A DNA stretch of 11,275 nt from an uncultured Gemmatimonadales bacterium (GTDB taxonomy: Bacteria > Gemmatimonadota > Gemmatimonadetes > Gemmatimonadales > GWC2-71-9). A program made the translations under genes and the position numbers. Shown here in pieces: positions 1-7,654 of this stretch. The stretch lies in contig CAVYSW010000008.1 in the NCBI GenBank assembly GCA_963771275.1, forward strand, positions 1-11,275, read 5' to 3'. Every line of letters begins with the position of its first letter. The first letter of the stretch is position 1. The notes under the pieces were generated by a model that had not been told where the DNA came from, did not search any database, and saw nothing but the letters and a program-made list of their open reading frames with translations.

Positions 1-1
1 C

Positions 2-253
2 GACTACATGTACTCGGTGTGGGGCACCTCCTCGGCGGACGTGTATGCGGTGGGCTGCACGTACACCTCCGTGGGGAATCTGTACGAGGCAACGGTCATT
101 CACTACAACGGCACGAGCTGGACCGAGCAAATGCGGCGTTCCACGGGGATGGACGGGACTTCCAGTTGCGACCTCCATGGAGTCTGGGGCAGCTCACCCA
201 CCCAGGTCTTCGCCGTTGGCGGCTACGGAACGGTGTTCCACGGAACGCGGTGA
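2..253 (+). CDS. C-terminal part of a WG-S-repeat (beta-propeller-like) extracellular protein, 5'-truncated by the window edge
   Basis: The frame is open from base 2 to TGA at 251-253. It carries two copies of the repeat motif, VWGTSSADVYAVG and VWGSSPTQVFAVG, separated by HYNGTSW, which is typical of repeat beta-propeller surface proteins. Confidence 0.7.
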   Translation, partial: DYMYSVWGTSSADVYAVGCTYTSVGNLYEATVIHYNGTSWTEQMRRSTGMDGTSSCDLHGVWGSSPTQVFAVGGYGTVFHGTR

Positions 254-434
254 GGGCGGCCATCGAGACATGCTGCCGGCGCTCGGCTTCGGGTCGTCAG
301 AGTGATAGGGGCGTACCTGTTGGGCACGTGCAACAGCACCCTCGTTCCCATGCTCCCGTGTGAAGGTTGCGGACTGGGCCGTCAGGGTGAAGTATTGCGA
401 ATCCGACTCCGCTAGCGACGAGTGCCCAGCCATT

Positions 435-439
435 GGAGG
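435..439 (+). promoter_or_regulatory. Shine-Dalgarno site for the metallopeptidase
   Basis: GGAGG at 435-439 lies 5 nt before ATG 445, which favours 445 over the TTG at 433 as the start. Confidence 0.6.
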
Positions 440-444
440 CGACG

Positions 445-2148
445 ATGCAGCCTGTTGTCCGGCACCTCACGTGGACCCTCGCGGTATGCGCCGTGCCGCT
501 CCTCGCCAACGGTTGTTCCGACCTGCCGGTCGACGGGTCCCCCCCGGCCGTGACTCCGGCCGGCCCCAGCGCGTGGCGGAACTTCGCGGTCGCCGTCACC
601 TGTACCGCGAGCGTCGCGGAGAGCAGCCTTACCTGCAAGCAGCCTCGTCCAGGCCCCGGCGCCCTCGGGCCGAACTTCCTGATCGTGGGTGGGCAGAACC
701 AGTTCGTCCGGCTCGCGTCCAGCGGCGTGAGCTACGACGGGAGCGACATCTTCCAGGCCAACGTGACCGTGACGGTCCTGTTCGGTCAGCCAATGGGTAC
801 GACGGACGGGGTGACGAGCACCGGCGTGCGGGTGTTCTTCCACAGCGGACCAACGATGACCGGCGGCTCCGGCGTGGTGACCGTGGCCAATGCGGACGGA
901 ACGGACACGTTCACCGGCACAGACCAGCCGTACCACCTGTACCCCCAGATCCTGTCCACCAACACCCCCTCGGCACCCAAGACGTGGCGGTGGCATGTAC
1001 CGCCCACGGTCACGACGTTCGAGTTCGAGGTCTACGTCGAGGGCGACGTCGTCTACCCGGACGGATGGGTCGTGGTGCAGCCGCATCCGTGGTACGTCAT
1101 GCCGGGAGGACAGCTCCAACTCGGGGCAACCGTCCTCGACGTCGTCACCCGTGACGTTGGGGGCGCGGTCACCTGGTCCTCCGGGGACGACGCGATCGCG
1201 ACGGTCGACGGCACCGGCCTGGTGGGGGGTGTCGCGCCCGGCGTCGTGGACATCGCAGCGTCGAACGGCGGGCCCCAGGCGGACGGCTTTTCGCGGGTCA
1301 CCGTGCTCGGCAGCGGCTTCAACATCGCGCTCCGCCTCTGGCCCGGCACGCCGGCACCGACGCAGTCCATCCTGGACGCGTTCACGAACGCCAAGGGACG
1401 GTGGGAATCGTTGATCACGGGCGACCTGCAGGCCGTGCTGCTGCACCAGGCGGCCATCCCGTGCGCACCGGCCCTCAACGAGGTGATCGACGACCTGTTG
1501 ATCTTCATGGCCGTGGTGCCGATCGACGGCCCCGGGGGAATCTTGGGGCAGGCCGGCCCATGTTATTACCGCAATTCTGGATCCCTGCCAATAACGGGTA
1601 AGATGGAGTTCGACGTCGCCGACCTGGCTGATCTGCAGGCAGCGGGTCAGTTGGAAGACGTGATCGTGCACGAGATGGGGCACGTGCTCGGGTTCGGAGT
1701 CTTCTGGGGCGGGTTAGGATTGCTGGTACCCAGCACGTGCAGTGGGACGTCGGTGGACCCATATTTCAACGGTGCCTCCGCCCAGGCCGCATTTGACGCG
1801 GCCGGCGGCACAAGCTACAGCGGCAACAAGGTACCGGTCGAGAACACCGGTGGTGCAGGCACGGTCTGCAGTCACTGGCGCGAGAGCGTGCTCGGCAACG
1901 AATTGATGACGGGATGGCTCGATGCGGGCGCGAGTCCGCTCAGCGCGATCACCGTGCAATCCCTGGCCGACATGGGGTACACCGTGGACGCGTCCGGCGC
2001 CGATTCGTATACTCTGCCATCGGCGCCGGGGCCGGCCCTGCGCACGGGGGCAGTCGCCCTCAACAACGATATCCGCCCGGGGCCCTTCTACATGGTGGAC
2101 GAGCAAGGCCGGGTGACGGTGATGACGGCGCCGCGGCGGCGGCCCTGA
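445..2148 (+). CDS. Lipoprotein leishmanolysin-like (M8 family) zinc metallopeptidase with an N-terminal beta-rich domain and an Ig-like (Big_2) domain
   Basis: Signal peptide with lipobox LLANG-C. Ig-like motif VTWSSGDDAIATVDGTGLV. Catalytic domain with IDGPGGILGQAGP, zinc motif HEMGH (1669-1683), third ligand in CSHW (His at 1873) and Met-turn NELMTG (Met at 1906). Confidence 0.85.
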   Translation: MQPVVRHLTWTLAVCAVPLLANGCSDLPVDGSPPAVTPAGPSAWRNFAVAVTCTASVAESSLTCKQPRPGPGALGPNFLIVGGQNQFVRLASSGVSYDGSDIFQANVTVTVLFGQPMGTTDGVTSTGVRVFFHSGPTMTGGSGVVTVANADGTDTFTGTDQPYHLYPQILSTNTPSAPKTWRWHVPPTVTTFEFEVYVEGDVVYPDGWVVVQPHPWYVMPGGQLQLGATVLDVVTRDVGGAVTWSSGDDAIATVDGTGLVGGVAPGVVDIAASNGGPQADGFSRVTVLGSGFNIALRLWPGTPAPTQSILDAFTNAKGRWESLITGDLQAVLLHQAAIPCAPALNEVIDDLLIFMAVVPIDGPGGILGQAGPCYYRNSGSLPITGKMEFDVADLADLQAAGQLEDVIVHEMGHVLGFGVFWGGLGLLVPSTCSGTSVDPYFNGASAQAAFDAAGGTSYSGNKVPVENTGGAGTVCSHWRESVLGNELMTGWLDAGASPLSAITVQSLADMGYTVDASGADSYTLPSAPGPALRTGAVALNNDIRPGPFYMVDEQGRVTVMTAPRRRP

Positions 2149-2193
2149 GGCACCGGACGCCAAGCGATCGAACCGACAACGAGCGCGGACTAC

Positions 2194-2199
2194 GAGGAG
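2194..2199 (+). promoter_or_regulatory. Shine-Dalgarno site for the precursor peptide
   Basis: GAGGAG lies 7 nt upstream of ATG 2207. Confidence 0.7.
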
Positions 2200-2206
2200 T
2201 CATACG

Positions 2207-2389
2207 ATGAAGCCCACCAACCAGCAGTCGCGAACGCCGCCGGATGACTCGCTCCGGGGACCGGGACGCAGGCAGTGGACCCCCCCGACGGTGGAGGAGC
2301 TGCCGAAGCTGACCGACCTCACGCTCCTGACGGGAGACCCGATCGGCGGCGGCGGCGGCACCGGGGGCGGAGGGTCGTCGGTGTTCTAG
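2207..2389 (+). CDS. Putative RiPP precursor peptide (60 aa) with a lasso-type leader and a Gly-rich core
   Basis: Strong RBS. WTPPTVEELPKLTDLTL matches the spacing of the lasso/RRE leader motif (Y/W)xxPxLxxxGxxxxxTx at W24, P27, V29 and T39, with Pro at the Gly position. The C-terminus is LTGDPIGGGGGTGGGGSSVF. It sits directly upstream of the radical SAM gene, in an operon with PqqD and B2. Confidence 0.85.
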   Translation: MKPTNQQSRTPPDDSLRGPGRRQWTPPTVEELPKLTDLTLLTGDPIGGGGGTGGGGSSVF

Positions 2390-2392
2390 GCC

Positions 2393-3400
2393 GTGCCGAT
2401 GCTCGTAGGCTTTGCCGTCACGGAGCACTGCAACCTGCGGTGCCCGCACTGCATCCGCGACGACGTCACCACCGTACGCTCGCTCGAGCCCGAGCTGATC
2501 GTCTCGGTGCTCGATCAGGCTGTGGCCCTGTTCGGGCCGGTCACGGCGAGCTTCACGGGCGGCGAGCCGCTGCTGCACGCCGAGTTCGGCCGCATCGTGG
2601 CGGACTGCTCTGCCCGCGACGTGCCGTACCGCTTCGTCACCAACGCCTGGCACTTGAAGCGGGCCGTCCCGCTGCTGCGCCGCCATCGCCCGCAATCCGT
2701 GCGGCTGAGCCTCTCCGGGGCGAGCGAAGCCACCCATGACGCCGAGCGCGGCCAGGGGAGCTTCCGCCGGGTCCTGCTCGGCGCGGCGCTGCTCACGAAC
2801 GAGCGGATTCCCGCGTACCTGTCGATCGTGATCGACCGCAGGAACCGCCACGAGCTCCGGACCGCCGCGGACCTCGCCGAGCAGCTGGGGTGCCTCGGCA
2901 TCGGGTTCATCCTGCCGCAGCCGACGCCCGGCAGCGCCGCGCGGAACAGCGATCTCCCACCCGAGGAGTGGGTGGCGACGGTGCGTGCGGTCCAAGCGCT
3001 CGCCGCTGAACCGGGACGACGGTCGGCGGTGACTCTGGACTACGGCCACCCGTTCGAGGGCGCCGAGGCCCCGTGCGAGACCTTCGCGCGGCAGCGGATT
3101 TACGTGGACACCAAGGGCCGGCTCTGCACCTGCTGCCAGCTCTCCGGGTTCGGCTTCAACGAGACTGAGGTCGTCGCCGATCTGCACGACGTCTCGCTGG
3201 CAGAGGCGTACGAGCGATACGCTCATCGGGTCGAGGCGCTGCGCCGGGCCCAGCGACCTGTCATCGGGAGTCCGCACCTCACCGATCCGTTCCCCTGCCT
3301 CCGGTGCTGCGTTGCGAGCGGGAAGCTCGAGTGGCTCTCCCAGCACCCGGGGTCGCACTGGCACCGCGCCGCGCTGCGGACGGTCACGTCGGCGGCGTGA
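2393..3400 (+). CDS. Radical SAM enzyme with a C-terminal SPASM/twitch-like Cys-rich region, probable peptide maturase
   Basis: CNLRCPHC (CxxxCxxC, 2429-2452), FTGGEPLL and FVTNA motifs. C-terminal PC...IYVDTKGRLCTCC...CLRCC. The start is GTG 2393 or ATG 2399. Confidence 0.92.
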   Translation: MPMLVGFAVTEHCNLRCPHCIRDDVTTVRSLEPELIVSVLDQAVALFGPVTASFTGGEPLLHAEFGRIVADCSARDVPYRFVTNAWHLKRAVPLLRRHRPQSVRLSLSGASEATHDAERGQGSFRRVLLGAALLTNERIPAYLSIVIDRRNRHELRTAADLAEQLGCLGIGFILPQPTPGSAARNSDLPPEEWVATVRAVQALAAEPGRRSAVTLDYGHPFEGAEAPCETFARQRIYVDTKGRLCTCCQLSGFGFNETEVVADLHDVSLAEAYERYAHRVEALRRAQRPVIGSPHLTDPFPCLRCCVASGKLEWLSQHPGSHWHRAALRTVTSAA

Positions 3401-4569
3401 TGCCTCGGTCTCGTGAGTGCGTTGCCGAGCGCCTCCCAAGCGGGAAGCGCCGAGCAAGCACGCTGGTCTGCTGCCTGTGCGGCGCACTTGCGTGCGGTGA
3501 CTCCACGGGCCCTGACGCGCTCGCCATCGAGATCGCCGGCCGCCTGGAGCGCAGTGCCGTGGTGACCCTGAGCGCGAGCTTCGAGGGGACGCTCCTGGCC
3601 GATTCCGCGGTCACCTGGACCGCCGAGCCGGCCGGTGCCGTGATGTTCCTCGGAGGAGGCATCGCCACACTCGCCCAGGTAGGGCAAGTCACCCTCTCCG
3701 CGCATGCGGCGGTCGGAACCGGTGAGCGCACGATAACGGTGGCGACGCCGCCGACCATCGTGTTCGACCTGCTGCGCGACGGGAACCGCGACATCTATCG
3801 GGTAGCGCTCGATGGCGGGGACCTGGCGCGCCTCACCACCGACCCGGGGGACGACGGCGATCCGACGGCCGTGGGCGACCGCGTCGTCTTCGTCAGCTAT
3901 CGGGATGGGAACGGCGAGCTGTATGCGACATCGCTGAGCGGAGGGGCGCCCACGAGGCTCACGTTCACCGACGTGGCCGAAGCGGGACCGGCACTGTCGC
4001 GGGACGGCGCGTGGCTGGCCTACACCAGGACCGATGGGGGAGTACCCAAGCTGTGGGTGTCACTGTCCAACGGCGGGGGGGCGAGCCCGGGTCACCGGGA
4101 GCTTCGGGTTCGCGGGCTCGATCGAGGCGAGCCCGTCCTGGGCTCCGAGCGGGGATCGTCTGGCCTTCGTGTCCACGTCCGAGGGGACGGCGGACCTGTT
4201 CACCTATGCGGTATCCACTGGAGCGTTCGCCCCGCTCGTGCCGGACTCGGCGGCGCGCGCGGAGGTGGAGCCCGCGTGGAGTCCCGATGGCGCGTGGGTG
4301 GCGTTTGCGACCGACCGCCCCGGCGATACCGAGATCTACCTGCTCGAGGTCGCGACGGGCGAGCTGCGTCGCCTGACCAATCGTCCCGATAGCGATGGAC
4401 AGCCGACCTGGGTGCCGGACGGGCGGCTGGTGTACGTCGCCTGGACCGGGGCGCTCCCGGCCTCCGCTGGCTCGATCCGCAGGTACCGAGCGAGATTCAC
4501 GACATCGACGTCGGGCCGGGCGAGCCACGCCACCCGGCCGGCGTTCTCCCGCTACCGGCGAGCCAATGA
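3400..4569 (+). CDS. TolB-like (PD40-repeat) beta-propeller lipoprotein, interrupted by two apparent frameshifts (~4087 and ~4450)
   Basis: ATG 3400 overlaps the radical SAM stop (TGATG). Lipobox GALA-C-GDSTGP. Repeats include RDGNRDIY, VFVSYRDGNGELY, PALSRDGAWLAY, PSWAPSGDRLAFVS and EPAWSPDGAWVAFATDRPGDTEIY. The reading frame goes 1, then 2 (extra C near 4087), then 1 again (missing G in the run at 4448-4451), and ends LRWLDP...PASQ* at TGA 4567-4569. Confidence 0.8.
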
Positions 4570-4844
4570 GCGACGGCGCACCCGCTCCGCGATACGCGGT
4601 CTCGAAGGACGTGCTGACCGCCCATCTCGAGGGTGAAGCCGTGTTGCTGCACCTCGAGACCAAGCAGTACTACCGACTCAACGAAACCGCGGCGGCCATC
4701 TGGCGGGGCCTGGAGGGCGGCCTGGATCCGGCCGACATCGTTGGGGGCCTCGTCAAGGACTTCGAGATCGACGCCGCGACCGCTGAAGCCGAGGTCGAGC
4801 GGGTGCTCGGCGATCTGCGCGAACGGGGTCTCCTCGCATCGTGA
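4566..4844 (+). CDS. PqqD-family RiPP recognition element (lasso B1/E-like), 92 aa
   Basis: ATG 4566 forms an ATGA overlap with the upstream stop. The sequence LEGEAVLLHLETKQYYRLNETAAAIW...AEVERVLGDLRERGLL is a typical PqqD/RRE pattern. Confidence 0.93.
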   Translation: MSDGAPAPRYAVSKDVLTAHLEGEAVLLHLETKQYYRLNETAAAIWRGLEGGLDPADIVGGLVKDFEIDAATAEAEVERVLGDLRERGLLAS

Positions 4845-5230
4845 CGAGCCGTTTGCTCGAGATGGCGATCGGGACCGGCGCCGCACTCCGCAGTCCCCTG
4901 TGGATCACGGGCTCGCGCCTGCAACGGCTGCTGCAGGACACCCCCGGCGTCTCGCGGGGCTCCCGTCATCCCGAGACTGCGACGCGAGCTTCTCTGCTCG
5001 CCCTGAGGGCGCTCGCGCGCCTTCCCCTGCTCCCGTGGCGGAATACGTGCCTCTACCGCAGCGTCGCCGAGTGTCTCGTGCTGCGGAGCTGCGGGATCGG
5101 CTGCCGGCTGCAACTCGGCGTGTCGCACGACGCCGCGTCGGGTGACGGGATCGTGGCCCACGCGTGGGTGGAGCGCAGTGACCGAGAGCAGGCCGATCAC
5201 CCTCACGTCCTGCTGCGCCCTGGTTCGTGA
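4841..5230 (+). CDS. Lasso peptide B2-type transglutaminase-like leader peptidase
   Basis: GTGA-coupled to PqqD. Motifs NTCLYRS (Cys at 5048), LQLGV and AHAWVE (His at 5159) are diagnostic of the Transglut_core3/B2 family. Confidence 0.9.
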   Translation: MTSRLLEMAIGTGAALRSPLWITGSRLQRLLQDTPGVSRGSRHPETATRASLLALRALARLPLLPWRNTCLYRSVAECLVLRSCGIGCRLQLGVSHDAASGDGIVAHAWVERSDREQADHPHVLLRPGS

Positions 5231-6192
5231 GCATTCGTGGAGACGACGGGCAGATCGCGCACGCGTTGCTGGCAGATCAATCGCTCGTGCTGCGGTCGGA
5301 CCCCCGCTGCTGGCCCCTCGTCCAGCCGTGGGTGCCGCTGAGCTGCGATCCGGCAGAAGCGGGCGCACCACCTCGCGCCGTCGTGGCGGTCGAACCCATG
5401 CAGTCCCCGGCACCGGCATCGGGACAGGTCGGGCTACCCACACTGCAAGTTGGGCCCGTCCGTGCGTGGCTCGACGCCTCAGCGGCAAGCGTGGTGCTGA
5501 GGGGGGCCACGGGCAGCTCGGGCCGGCTCGACCTCGAGGCGCTTCGCGCCACGCTGTGGGCAGACCTCGCTGCGGGCGAGGCAGCCGGTGCCGACCTCTA
5601 CTCCATGCTCACTATCGCGGCGGCGCTGCTGCTCGGCAGGATGCGACGGCCCGTGATCCATGCCGGAGCGGTCGTGGCACCTGATGGGAAGGGTTGGCTC
5701 GTCGTGGGTGATGCGCGGTCGGGCAAGTCCACAGCGTGCGTGAGCCTGGCGAGCAGCGGCTGGGGACTGCTGTCGGACGACCAGGTGGTGCTCACGCCGA
5801 ACGGCCCCACGCTCGAAGTCGAGGGTTGGCTGCGACCCGTGCATCTCGACGAGGGATGGAACGACGGGATACCGCGGGGCAGCCGCCGCACCGTGCACCC
5901 CTCCGAGCTGGGCGCCGGCGCGACGCGCCGCGTCGTGCCGCTTGCCGGCACCGTGCACACGTCCGTCGATCCTGCCCAACCGACGCGCGTCTCCGAGATT
6001 TCGGCGGGTGATGCGTTCACGGGACTGGTCCGCCAGTCCCCGTGGCTCCTTGCCGACCGCGTGGTGGCGCCGTCGCTGGTCGACATCTTGTCGGCCGTCG
6101 CACACCTGCCGCGGTTCTCCTTGCGCTTGGGGCTGGATACGTTCGGCAGGCCAGACCGGGTGCAAGCGTTGCTTACGCCGGCGCTGTTCTAG
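5227..6192 (+). CDS. HPr-kinase-like P-loop kinase (PadeK/ThcoK-like peptide kinase family)
   Basis: GTGA-coupled to B2. Motifs IHAGAV, Walker A GDARSGKST (5707-5733) and LLSDD. Confidence 0.85.
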   Translation: MSIRGDDGQIAHALLADQSLVLRSDPRCWPLVQPWVPLSCDPAEAGAPPRAVVAVEPMQSPAPASGQVGLPTLQVGPVRAWLDASAASVVLRGATGSSGRLDLEALRATLWADLAAGEAAGADLYSMLTIAAALLLGRMRRPVIHAGAVVAPDGKGWLVVGDARSGKSTACVSLASSGWGLLSDDQVVLTPNGPTLEVEGWLRPVHLDEGWNDGIPRGSRRTVHPSELGAGATRRVVPLAGTVHTSVDPAQPTRVSEISAGDAFTGLVRQSPWLLADRVVAPSLVDILSAVAHLPRFSLRLGLDTFGRPDRVQALLTPALF

Positions 6193-7344
6193 CACCACCC
6201 TTCCCCCTCGCGCGGGCCGACAAGACAGCGGCGGCCAGGGCGAGCGGAAGCCCGAAGGCCATCCCGATCGCCACACGCAGGACTCTCGCAGCAACTCTGA
6301 CACCCCGGCCGAGTCGCGGTGCCCGCCGCTCGATCCATGCAATGGGGGGTGACAACGAGACGCCCGTGGTGACCGCCCGCACCCGGTCCCACTCGGTGCG
6401 CATCTCGGCCCGGCCCGCGAGAAGCGCAACCGCCCACCTCCCGACGTCGCCGCGGACCACCTCTGGGAGGGGGAGCCACCGGCCCTGCTGGCGTACCGAG
6501 GCGGACACGGCAGCCTGGTACGTGAACCTGTCTTCAAGCGGCGCCGTGCCGGCTAGCGCTTGGGCCATGAACAGCATGTCGCGCAGCGTGAGCGCATGCG
6601 CGTCACACGCGATCTGCGCCTCGACATCCGCCAGTTCTGACTTACTGCACTGAGCCAGGGCCCAACTCACCAGCAGCAGGTCCCGAATTGCCCCCCTCCG
6701 GTAGGCGTGGAGCGCACCAACGTGCACGAGGAGGTGCCAGAGATGGTCCCTGGCACCCAGGCGACGGAGACCGGTCGCGCCGGCCAGCGGGGTGACCCGG
6801 CTCCAGATGGACTCGGACCAGTCGCACCCCACCATGTCGATCTTGGCGTGGACCTCGACCGGGAGCCCGGCCCCCGCGGCGATCCTCCCCTTGAGGTGGA
6901 ACGGACTACTGGGCCCAACGTCACGGTAGCCGGTGGAGTCGAGAGCCGCAGCAAGCGCCCGGGCATCGTCCGGCCTTGCCAGGACGTCGATATCTGCCAA
7001 GTCCACCGGGTTCTGGTCGGTCAGCGCCGCGACGCCACCCTTGAGCACCACCACCTCCCAGCCGTGTTCCGCCGCCAGGCGATCGATCAGCTGCAGCTGC
7101 GCCCGCGCGCTGAGCACCCGCTGCAGCTCAGTCCGGGCGGCGTGTCGAGCAGCAGCTGGGATTCCTGGTCGAGCAACGCGCGCTGGCCGCTCGCGACGAG
7201 GCGGCCCTTGAGCGGCAGCGCACATCGCTCGGTACGGAGAAAGAGGCCCCAGGAAGCGGGGGAGCATCGAGGCGGCGCTGAAGGGGCGCGCGCGAGACTC
7301 TGGAGCACCCAGGCCCGCAGGTCGAGGACTTCACTGATTCGCAT
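6173..7344 (-). CDS. Nucleotidyltransferase family protein (NTP_transf_5-like), with one apparent frameshift near 7140
   Basis: Motifs VVLKGG, DLADIDVLA, VEVH and HLLVH in ORF 6173-7267. The plausible N-terminus MRISEVLDLRAWVL...ESQLLLDT lies in another frame (ATG 7344, or an alternative start at 7404) and joins AARTELQR if one G is restored near 7140. Confidence 0.8.
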
Positions 7345-7654
7345 TTCATCCGCCAGGGCGACCGGTTGGGCTCGATGCGCCAAGAATATGCCCCGGGGGA
7401 TCACACCGCGAGGTCGAAGGCCTCCAGATCGCTCGAAGGCCGTCTCACGGCCGGCCTTCTTGGCCCCAGTTGGCCGATCTCCCCTCGCTAGTCCATTGAC
7501 CGGCCGCTACGTAGGCGTGATGTTTTCGAGGCTTGCTGATTTCGAGCGTCTCGATGGAGCCGCGGCGATGTGCTGGCATCATGGTACGCGCCGTGCTTAC
7601 CTTAGCCGCCGCCATTGCACTTCCTCTCGAGCCTACAGGGACGGCTGAGTGAGC

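Noticed and set aside
2345..2374. GGC tandem repeat as a microsatellite or phase-variation tract
   Set aside because: It is in frame and explained by the poly-Gly core of the precursor.
4080..4460. Programmed ribosomal frameshifting in the TolB-like gene
   Set aside because: No canonical slippery heptamer was seen, and similar indels occur throughout the conserved rml genes, so error is more likely.
2393..4844. PQQ biosynthesis (pqqD/pqqE)
   Set aside because: The peptide lacks the PqqA ExxxY motif, and there is no pqqB or pqqC.
2207..5230. Canonical lasso peptide cluster
   Set aside because: There is no asparagine-synthetase-like cyclase in the locus and no Asp/Glu at core position 7-9.
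7445..7654. JUMPStart/ops element or sigma-54 promoter upstream of rmlA
   Set aside because: No GGCGGTAG and no correctly spaced TGGCAC-N5-TTGC motif was found.
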